Source of the DNA: a virus
Virus record (IMG/VR): IMGVR_UViG_3300020438_004021
Coordinates: 32,001 to 96,000 of that record
Length of the DNA stretch: 64,000 bases
Reading direction: 5' to 3' (one strand)
The position numbers and the translations under genes are program-made. Positions 1 through 7,671 of this stretch are shown here, in pieces (position 1 is the stretch's first letter; each line of letters begins with the position of its first letter). Under the pieces are notes generated by a model that saw nothing but the letters and a program-made list of their open reading frames with translations, ran no database searches and had not been told where the DNA came from.

Positions 1-1
1 T

Positions 2-853
2 ACTAATAATGGTACTCCTCCTAAGACTCTCAATATCTGCCTTGCCGGAACAGGTGTTGGTAAGTCTCTCTACATGTGCCACCATGCCAGTAATTGTCTA
101 ACTCAGGGTAAAAATGTCCTTTATATCACATGCGAGATGGCAGAAGAGAGAATCGCGGAGAGAATCGATGCTAACTTGATGGATATCACAATGGACGAGT
201 TGAGAGATTTGCCCAAGACAATGTATGAAAAGAAGATTGATGCTGTGACTAAGGGGATGAGCGGTAAGTTAATCATTAAAGAGTACCCGACTGCCACTGC
301 GAATGTCAATCACTTCCGTGCCTTGTTGGAGGAATTGAGTATGAAGAAGAAATTTAAACCCGATATCATCTTCATCGACTATCTAAATATTTGTTCAGCC
401 GCAAGATTCACAAATGCTGCTAATGTCAACTCCTATATGTATGTGAAAGCAATTGCAGAGGAGTTAAGAGGTCTCGCAGTAGAACACGAAGTTCCCATCT
501 TCTCTGCCACCCAGACCAATAGAACTGGGTTTTCAAGCACGGATGTGGGTCTGGAAGACACATCGGAGTCTTTCGGTCTTCCTGCGACAGCGGACTTCAT
601 GTTCGCTTTGATTTCGACAGATGAGCTGGATTCAATGAATCAAATAATGGTAAAGCAATTGAAGAACCGATATAACGACCTTGTTTCTAACCGTAAATTC
701 ATTATCGGTGTCAATAGAGCAAAGATGAAGTTGTACGATGTGAACAGTCTAGAGCAAGAAGACTTGGTATGTTCTGGACAGTCTACATATAGTAGGGATG
801 ACCTTGATTCTAAGGTGAAGAAAGGTAAAGTATTTTCTGATTGGAATATTTAG
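2..853 (+). CDS. gp41: T4 gp41-like replicative helicase (5' truncated by window)
   Basis: Frame open from position 2 with Walker A LAGTGVGKS; IFIDYLN, SATQTNR and SESFGLPATADFMFAL motifs of DnaB/gp41. Confidence 0.95.
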   Translation, partial: TNNGTPPKTLNICLAGTGVGKSLYMCHHASNCLTQGKNVLYITCEMAEERIAERIDANLMDITMDELRDLPKTMYEKKIDAVTKGMSGKLIIKEYPTATANVNHFRALLEELSMKKKFKPDIIFIDYLNICSAARFTNAANVNSYMYVKAIAEELRGLAVEHEVPIFSATQTNRTGFSSTDVGLEDTSESFGLPATADFMFALISTDELDSMNQIMVKQLKNRYNDLVSNRKFIIGVNRAKMKLYDVNSLEQEDLVCSGQSTYSRDDLDSKVKKGKVFSDWNI

Positions 854-875
854 AGATGTTTTTGGGAGAATTAAA

Positions 876-1037
876 ATGGATAAGAACATCGGTTATAGTA
901 AGAAAGAACTAGAAGAGTGGAAGAAGTGGGCTGAAGAGTATGATAGCAGTGCTGGAGAGAAAGGTACTGACGAATTGATTAAGAACTATAAATCAAATAC
1001 ACCGGGTGAAACTGCTGACAATGAGCGTACTGACTGA
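876..1037 (+). CDS. Small hypothetical protein (53 aa)
   Basis: GGAG SD before ATG 876; MDKNIGYSKKELEEWKKW...GTDELIKNYKSNTPGE; fills the gap between gp41 and gp61. Confidence 0.6.
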   Translation: MDKNIGYSKKELEEWKKWAEEYDSSAGEKGTDELIKNYKSNTPGETADNERTD

Positions 1038-2097
1038 CAAAAAATTCATTAATATCATATCTTCAGAGTTGAACAAATTCAAGTGGAAGAAAGACAATCT
1101 CGCCATTTGTAGATGTCCAATTTGTGGAGATTCCAAGAAGAACCCCAATAAATGCAGGGGTTACTTCTATCAGAAACACGGCAGGTACTTCTACAAGTGT
1201 CATAACTGTGGCTATTGGTCGAATATATATAATTTTCTTAAGGAGGTCTCTCCTAGTCTATGCAAGGAGTACTCCTTAGAGAATTTCAAGAATGGTATGA
1301 GCAATACCAAACGAAACAATAGCAAGAAGAATGACAAAAGTAGAGAGGAAAGTATGCTGAACATTAATTTTGGTAGGACTCCCAAAAGACCGAGAGATGG
1401 ATATAAAATCCTCGAAGGGTTGGAATGCCTCAAAGACTTGCCGGAAGAACACGAGGCAGCAAAATTCGCTAACCTCAGGATAATACCTAAGCAACATTGG
1501 AACCTTCTGTATTATACGGAAGACTTCGGTTCTTTGATGAGGAAGTTGGACCCTACTTGCCTTCCTGTGGGCAAAGAGTCGAGATTGGTGATACCGTTCT
1601 TCAACAAGAAGGGAGATGTGGTTGCTGTTCAGGGAAGAGCATTGAATATGAATGCCGAACACAATGCTAGGTCTACTGTTAAGTACATAACCGTTAAGGT
1701 GGATAAAAGCATAGACAGGTTGTGGTATGGTCTATGGAGATGTGACCCCAAGAAGACAGTGTATGTGGTCGAGGGACCGATCGACAGTCTCTTCATTCCT
1801 AACTCCATCGCCATGGTGGGGGCAGGAGCAATCAATAATATGCCTAGCAGATTGGTTGACAGCAATATGGTGTTTGCCCTAGATAATGAACCCAGAAATA
1901 AGCAGATAGTGCAATACAATGAAGAACTGGTCAGACAAGGCAAGAAAGTCTGCGTATGGCCTAAGGGTATAGAAGAAAAAGATATTAATGACATGTCCTA
2001 TAGTATTTCTACCAAGAAAATTAAGAAAATTATGGACGAGAATTCTTTCAGTGGACTTGAAGCAACCGCTAGGTTGAGGGAGTGGAAAAAAGTATGA
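1021..2097 (+). CDS. gp61: T4 gp61-like DNA primase
   Basis: Zn finger CPICGDS...YKCHNC, RLVIPFF, TOPRIM VVEGPIDSLF and DNEPRN. Confidence 0.95.
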   Translation: MSVLTDKKFINIISSELNKFKWKKDNLAICRCPICGDSKKNPNKCRGYFYQKHGRYFYKCHNCGYWSNIYNFLKEVSPSLCKEYSLENFKNGMSNTKRNNSKKNDKSREESMLNINFGRTPKRPRDGYKILEGLECLKDLPEEHEAAKFANLRIIPKQHWNLLYYTEDFGSLMRKLDPTCLPVGKESRLVIPFFNKKGDVVAVQGRALNMNAEHNARSTVKYITVKVDKSIDRLWYGLWRCDPKKTVYVVEGPIDSLFIPNSIAMVGAGAINNMPSRLVDSNMVFALDNEPRNKQIVQYNEELVRQGKKVCVWPKGIEEKDINDMSYSISTKKIKKIMDENSFSGLEATARLREWKKV

Positions 2098-3179
2098 GTT
2101 ATAATTGCAAACTAGAATATCTTTGGTTAGATGGTTACAAGACCTCCAATTTGAGAAGCAAGACAAAATATGTCAACCTTCCTGCTGAGTCTGGAGTACT
2201 AAGTATAGATGACATCCCAGAGTGGGGATTTGATGGTTCCAGTACTGAGCAGGCAGACGGGGATAACAGCGATTGCATCCTGAGACCCGTTTCCCTCTTT
2301 AATAATACTGTAGACGCTATTGCGGGTACTAACTCCTATATTGTGATGTGTGAGGTGTTCAACACTGATGGTACACCCCACAAGTCCAATACAAGAGCAC
2401 TTCTCCGTTCCTACATTGAAGATGGAGAGGACAAAGAAATTACTGATGGGATGTGGTTCGGCATAGAACAAGAGTACACCATCATGGACCCTAAGAGCGG
2501 AAGACCTCTCGGATGGCCCGAATCAAGATTTGAATACCCTGCTCCTCAAGGTAGATATTATTGTGGGGTGGGTGGTGATGTTGTCAAGATGAGACAATTG
2601 GTACATGAACATGCCATGTGTTGCATTACCGCAGGAATCCCACTATGTGGTACTAACGCAGAAGTCATGTTGGGTCAATGGGAATATCAAGTAGGACCAC
2701 AGTCTGCACTTAAGATATGTGACTCCCTTTGGGTAGCAAGATACATGCTTGAAGTCCTAGCAGAAACGCAGGATGTTTACATTAGTTTGGACCCCAAGTT
2801 GATCACTGGTGATTGGAACGGTTCAGGTGCTCATATTAACTTTTCCACATCTTATATGAGAGATCAGGGTGGTGAAGAGTACATAGAGAACATTTGCAAG
2901 TCACTAGGTGAGAAGCACGATTGGCACATTGCTAATTACGGAGATGGAAACGAAGACAGATTGACTGGTTCCCATGAAACACAGCACATAAGCAAGTTCT
3001 CATATGGAGACTCTGACAGAAGTGCTAGTATTAGAGTGCCTTCTTCTACGGCATCCAATAAGAAAGGGTATCTTGAAGACAGAAGACCTGCCTCTAACAT
3101 GGATCCCTATAGAGCGGTTAGATGTCTGGTAAGTACCATAAGTGTGGTAGATGCAGAACACCAGTGGCAGACTGTTTGA
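2094..3179 (+). CDS. glnA: Glutamine synthetase (GSII-type)
   Basis: EYLWLDG, WGFDGSST, FGIEQEY, NAEVMLGQWEYQVG, WNGSGAHINFS, RLTGSHET, YLEDRRPASNMDPY. Confidence 0.95.
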   Translation: MSYNCKLEYLWLDGYKTSNLRSKTKYVNLPAESGVLSIDDIPEWGFDGSSTEQADGDNSDCILRPVSLFNNTVDAIAGTNSYIVMCEVFNTDGTPHKSNTRALLRSYIEDGEDKEITDGMWFGIEQEYTIMDPKSGRPLGWPESRFEYPAPQGRYYCGVGGDVVKMRQLVHEHAMCCITAGIPLCGTNAEVMLGQWEYQVGPQSALKICDSLWVARYMLEVLAETQDVYISLDPKLITGDWNGSGAHINFSTSYMRDQGGEEYIENICKSLGEKHDWHIANYGDGNEDRLTGSHETQHISKFSYGDSDRSASIRVPSSTASNKKGYLEDRRPASNMDPYRAVRCLVSTISVVDAEHQWQTV

Positions 3180-3943
3180 TGAATAAAGAAGACGTTCTAG
3201 ATAATGGTTCAGTGCAATATGTAGACCATATGGGGTCTGACTTAACGATAGTTAATTCTGCACGTGTCTCATTCGATAGCGAGTCTGACTGGGTGGTTGA
3301 TGAGGAGGTAGAAAGTAGACTCAAGAGAACTAATTCTACCTTCAGACCCTCAGACATTTACAAATTATCAGACAGAGATGCTAAACTGATTAAATACCTT
3401 GCTAGACACAATCACTGGACTCCTTTTGCCCATCCTCAAATCACTCTTAGGATTAAAGCACCGGTGAGCATAAGGACTCAATTTTTCAAACATAAACAAG
3501 GATTCGTTGAAAACGAGATATCCAGACGATACGTGGATTTCGAACCAGAGTTCTACATCCCCAAGTTCAGGAAAAGACCTGAGAAGGGAATGAAGCAGGG
3601 GAGTGATGGTTGGTTGGAATGCGTAGACGGTGGTGGTGAGACCTCAGGTGGATTTGCTACCCACCATCTTTATGAGAAATATGAGGGTCTGATGAGGAAT
3701 GCATTGAATGTTTATGATGAATTAATCGCTTCTAATGTAGCACCAGAACAGGCAAGATTCGCACTTCCCCAGTCAATGTATACTGAATGGTATTGGACTG
3801 GTTCACTAGCAGCCTATGCTAGGTTCTATAAGCAAAGAATTGACGACCACGCACAGTGGGAAATACAACAATACGCCGAGAAAATTGGTAATATTATCAG
3901 ACCTCTCTTCCCAAATTCTTGGTCAGAGATTGCGTCCAGTTGA
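3179..3943 (+). CDS. thyX: Flavin-dependent thymidylate synthase
   Basis: IVNSARVSF, HWTPFAH, NEISRRY, APEQARFALPQ, HAQWEIQ. Confidence 0.93.
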   Translation: MNKEDVLDNGSVQYVDHMGSDLTIVNSARVSFDSESDWVVDEEVESRLKRTNSTFRPSDIYKLSDRDAKLIKYLARHNHWTPFAHPQITLRIKAPVSIRTQFFKHKQGFVENEISRRYVDFEPEFYIPKFRKRPEKGMKQGSDGWLECVDGGGETSGGFATHHLYEKYEGLMRNALNVYDELIASNVAPEQARFALPQSMYTEWYWTGSLAAYARFYKQRIDDHAQWEIQQYAEKIGNIIRPLFPNSWSEIASS

Positions 3944-3999
3944 TAAAACGTATAGATATAAATGCGTCTTCAAGGAATAAAATGAAAGGACAACAGTAG

Positions 4000-5937
4000 A
4001 TGATAGAATTACCAACACCATATCAACAGTTTATCCACCTCTCTAGATACAGTAGATGGTTAGATGAAGAAGGAAGAAGAGAGACTTGGGAGGAAACTGT
4101 TGATAGGTATATCGGTTTCTTTAGAGAACACCTAGAGAAGACTTTAGGTTATAAGATGAGTAAAAATACAGAGAAGACTATGAGAGATTCTATCTTGAAT
4201 CTAGAAGTCATGCCTTCAATGCGTTGTTTGATGACTGCTGGTGAGGCACTTAAGAAAGACGCAGTAGCTGGGTACAATTGTTCATACCTGGCAATCGATA
4301 GGGTGAGAGCATTTGATGAAGTCCTTTATGCCCTCATGTGTGGCACAGGTGTTGGTTTTTCAGTGGAGAGAGAGTATGTATCTAAACTACCCACTATTGC
4401 AGAAGAATTTGAAGAATCAGATTCTACTCTTGTTGTTCAAGATTCTAGAATTGGTTGGTGTAAGGCATATCGGGAGCTTGTATCTCTACTCATTACAGGT
4501 CGTGTACCAAAATGGGACATGTCACGTGTTCGTCCTGCCGGGTCGAGACTTAAGACTTTCGGCGGTAGAAGCTCCGGACCGGAGAGTCTATCTGATTTAT
4601 TTCAATTCACAGTCGAGGTCTTTAAAAAGGCTTCTGGAAGAAAACTTACCACCATTGAATGCCACGATCTCGTATGCAAGATTGCAGAAATTGTTGTAGT
4701 CGGTGGTGTAAGAAGGTCCGCACTCCTCAGTCTTTCCTCCCTGACAGACGAGAGAATGAGAGATGCCAAGCAGGGACAATGGTGGGTGATTGAACCACAA
4801 CGTGCGTTATCCAACAATTCGGTATGCTATAAAGAAAAACCTGAAATCGGGACCTTCATAGAAGAGTGGTTAGCACTATATAAATCGAAGTCTGGTGAAA
4901 GAGGTATCTTCAACAGAGCATCAGCACAAAAGACTGTATCTCAGATACAAGGTGGAAGAAGGGAATCTAACCATGACTTTGGGACGAATCCTTGCTCTGA
5001 AATCATACTTAGAGACAGAGAGTTTTGTAATCTGTCTGAGGTTGTCGCTAGACATGATGATACCATAGAGACTCTTAAGCAGAAGGTAAGGTTAGCATCC
5101 ATTATAGGAACTTGGCAATCGACCCTTACAGACTTCAGATACCTATCAGCAGAATGGAAGAACAATTGTGAGGAAGAAAGACTGCTTGGTGTCTCCATAA
5201 CGGGCATTATGGACTCTGCTCTCTTAAATGGAGATAAGAAGTCGGTATCAGCACTACCTGCTCTTCTGGAAGAACTCAGAGATATCGCTGTTAAGACCAA
5301 TAAAGAGTGGGCATCCAGACTGGGAATTAACCCATCAGCAGCCATCACATGTGTTAAACCGTCTGGTACTGTTTCACAGCTTGTCGATTCTGCCTCTGGT
5401 ATTCATGCTAGACATAACCCTTATTATGTAAGGACCGTCCGTGCCAATACCAAAGACCCTCTATGCAAGTTCATGATAGAAAAGGGGTTCCCACATGAGC
5501 CTTGCCACATGAAGTCTGACACCACTATGGTATTTTCATTCCCAGTAGAGTCTCCCAAAAGAGCAATTTTCAGACAAGATATGTCCGCTATCGAGCAGTT
5601 GGACCTTTGGATGATATATCAGAAGCACTGGTGTGAGCATAAGCCGAGTGTTACTATCTCAGTCCAAGAGGGTGAATGGTTGGACGTTGGTACTTGGGTT
5701 TACAATAACTTCGATGATGTGTGTGGAGTATCTTTCTTGCCATTCAGCGACCACTCATATAAGCAAGCACCCTATCAGGACTGCACCAAAGAAGAGTACA
5801 AGCAGCTCCTTAAGCAGATGCCAAAAGATGTGGACTGGGATGAACTGACTGCATATGAGAAGGAAGACAACACGGCTGGCAGTCAAACACTAGCCTGTTC
5901 TGGCACTTCCTGCGAGGTAGTTGACCTAACCTCATAA
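4000..5937 (+). CDS. nrdJ: Class II (adenosylcobalamin-dependent) ribonucleotide reductase
   Basis: RRETWEETVDRY, GTNPCSEI, FCNLSEV, TCVKPSGT, EHKPSVT, C-terminal ACSGTSCE. Confidence 0.93.
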   Translation: MIELPTPYQQFIHLSRYSRWLDEEGRRETWEETVDRYIGFFREHLEKTLGYKMSKNTEKTMRDSILNLEVMPSMRCLMTAGEALKKDAVAGYNCSYLAIDRVRAFDEVLYALMCGTGVGFSVEREYVSKLPTIAEEFEESDSTLVVQDSRIGWCKAYRELVSLLITGRVPKWDMSRVRPAGSRLKTFGGRSSGPESLSDLFQFTVEVFKKASGRKLTTIECHDLVCKIAEIVVVGGVRRSALLSLSSLTDERMRDAKQGQWWVIEPQRALSNNSVCYKEKPEIGTFIEEWLALYKSKSGERGIFNRASAQKTVSQIQGGRRESNHDFGTNPCSEIILRDREFCNLSEVVARHDDTIETLKQKVRLASIIGTWQSTLTDFRYLSAEWKNNCEEERLLGVSITGIMDSALLNGDKKSVSALPALLEELRDIAVKTNKEWASRLGINPSAAITCVKPSGTVSQLVDSASGIHARHNPYYVRTVRANTKDPLCKFMIEKGFPHEPCHMKSDTTMVFSFPVESPKRAIFRQDMSAIEQLDLWMIYQKHWCEHKPSVTISVQEGEWLDVGTWVYNNFDDVCGVSFLPFSDHSYKQAPYQDCTKEEYKQLLKQMPKDVDWDELTAYEKEDNTAGSQTLACSGTSCEVVDLTS

Positions 5938-5941
5938 ATTT

Positions 5942-5949
5942 TATAAATA
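5942..5949 (+). promoter_or_regulatory. T4-type late promoter TATAAATA
   Basis: Exact gp55 consensus in the intergenic gap upstream of the small ORF and porin. Confidence 0.6.
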
Positions 5950-6051
5950 TTCGCTTACGGGTTAATTTTACCCTAGGGGACACGTTGTCCCCACCATTTT
6001 TAAATGGGGACTGGAGTTGGTCCCTATTGCTCAAACACAAGGAGAAATCTT

Positions 6052-6249
6052 ATGAGCACCAAGTCTAAAGAGTCTTGCCCCGCGATGGGATGCAGCGACG
6101 CAGTTACTCGTACCTTAGGTAAGGTCGGAGTTTGTCGTAGCATGCTAATCACATTAGCACTACTTCCATACTCATGGAACGGTGTAGTATGGATTGCTGA
6201 TGCACTTCATTCACTTTGGAATGCTGCCACTAACGCAGTTGGAACCTGA
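6052..6249 (+). CDS. Small membrane-associated hypothetical protein
   Basis: AAGGAG SD before ATG 6052; Cys-containing N-terminus and hydrophobic C-terminal half. Confidence 0.65.
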   Translation: MSTKSKESCPAMGCSDAVTRTLGKVGVCRSMLITLALLPYSWNGVVWIADALHSLWNAATNAVGT

Positions 6250-6279
6250 ATCGCTTAAGCGATTCAAGGAGATAATCCT

Positions 6280-7449
6280 ATGAATATTTCAAAGAAAAAA
6301 TGGATGATGTACGGTGGTATTGCCGCTGCTATTCTAATCGCTTCGGTCGCGGTTGCTGATGGACCTTCATATGAAGACCTTCAGGCCCGTCTAGACGCAG
6401 CAGAGGCAAAGATCGCACAAATTGATTCCGACCGTGCTCCAAGCTGGTTGGAAAGCAGACGTAGTGAAGAAGTTCAATCGCTAGTGCAAGATGTCCTTGC
6501 CGATGCAGAAGCACGAACGATGATGCAGGGAGACAATTCCCCAATCACCGTCAATCTTCATGGATTTGCCATTACTCGTTGGGATTATAACAACGGTGGT
6601 GGTGTGGCAAGAAATAATGAATTCAGCATTCCATATGCTCGACTTGAAGTCTCAGGAGATATCCTAGACAAGGTTGGGTACTATGTCAGTGGTGAATATA
6701 GTGATTACACGAATGGCAGCATGGATCTTGTCGATGCCTACCTCACAATGGATGTGGGTCTGGGAGTAGACATGAAGGCTGGTCAGTTCGTGACTGCATT
6801 CTACCGAGGTTTCACTGATTCACCATTGGATCAGATCGCGGGAGAGTACAGCATTCTTGCTACCACTTTTGGTCAAGGACGATCGCAGGGTCTTCAATTC
6901 GCCAAGGATTTTGGTTGGTTGAATCTCTCTGCCTCTTATAACGACGGTTTCGATACCAGCAATTCCTTCATTGTGGACAACGACTACGGTGTCAGTGTTC
7001 GTGGTGACGTGGATTTTGGTGCTGGATTCCGTGCAGGTGCAGCATACGCCTATCAGTCAGAACTTGAAGATTACGGTACTTACACCGTGGACTTCGGGTA
7101 TTCTACCGATAAGCTAGATGCACAGGTCTCATGGGTTTCTGCCGACTATGCTGTCGGTGGGTACGGTGACAATTATGGTTTTAATGCCAGTGTTGCCTAT
7201 CGTTGTGCCGCCGACTTTACTGGTTTCGTTAATTATCAATGGGGCAAACTAGGGTTTGCTTCTGAAGATCTTAACGTGCTGGAAATCGGTGCTAACTACG
7301 ATATCAACGAATACGTTCGTTGGACCACCACCTTGGGTTATGCATTTGATGCCGTAGCCCCAGAGTGGAATACCGCTCGTTCTGGATGGAACAGCGGTTC
7401 GGAGAATGGTCAGTATCTACTGCGTACACAGCTTAGTGTAAGCTTCTGA
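6280..7449 (+). CDS. Outer-membrane beta-barrel porin (OprO/P-like) with N-terminal coiled coil
   Basis: Signal peptide, coiled coil LQARLDAAEAKIAQ, alternating beta-strand pattern, VDAY...KAGQF, C-terminal Phe (QLSVSF). Confidence 0.8.
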   Translation: MNISKKKWMMYGGIAAAILIASVAVADGPSYEDLQARLDAAEAKIAQIDSDRAPSWLESRRSEEVQSLVQDVLADAEARTMMQGDNSPITVNLHGFAITRWDYNNGGGVARNNEFSIPYARLEVSGDILDKVGYYVSGEYSDYTNGSMDLVDAYLTMDVGLGVDMKAGQFVTAFYRGFTDSPLDQIAGEYSILATTFGQGRSQGLQFAKDFGWLNLSASYNDGFDTSNSFIVDNDYGVSVRGDVDFGAGFRAGAAYAYQSELEDYGTYTVDFGYSTDKLDAQVSWVSADYAVGGYGDNYGFNASVAYRCAADFTGFVNYQWGKLGFASEDLNVLEIGANYDINEYVRWTTTLGYAFDAVAPEWNTARSGWNSGSENGQYLLRTQLSVSF

Positions 7450-7483
7450 TCTGTACGAGGGTCCCGCCCCTCGACACTTCACA

Positions 7484-7520
7484 GGAAAGGCCCTACCCTT
7501 CGGGGTGGGGTCTTTCTTTA
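7484..7520 (+). terminator. Intrinsic terminator with cUUCGg loop
   Basis: GGAAAGGCCCTACCC-TTCG-GGGTGGGGTCTTTCT followed by T-rich tract after the porin. Confidence 0.8.
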
Positions 7521-7636
7521 TATACCCCCTTCCTGATATCAGAAAGGCATATACCACCCCTTGTATATCCCTCCAGAAACCATATACAACCGGTTGTATA
7601 TGACTAAAATATGTCAGGAGAATATCGGGAAGGTAC
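7521..7636. repeat. Palindromic operator-like array (motifs A-B-B-half A)
   Basis: CCTTCCTGATATCAGAAAGG, CATATACCACCCCTTGTATAT, perfect palindrome CATATACAACCGGTTGTATATG, ATATCGGGAAGG; same motifs at 40657-40781, 47470-47523 and 18146-18167. Confidence 0.75.
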
Positions 7637-7665
7637 TTGACAGAAGAACTCCGGTATGATCTAAT
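7637..7665 (+). promoter_or_regulatory. Sigma70-type early promoter
   Basis: TTGACA-17 nt-TCTAAT with extended -10 TG; near-identical copy at 40819. Confidence 0.85.
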
Positions 7666-7671
7666 GGGAGT

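Noticed and set aside
7521-7636. CRISPR mini-array
   Set aside because: Two different degenerate palindromes with no constant repeat-spacer period and no cas genes
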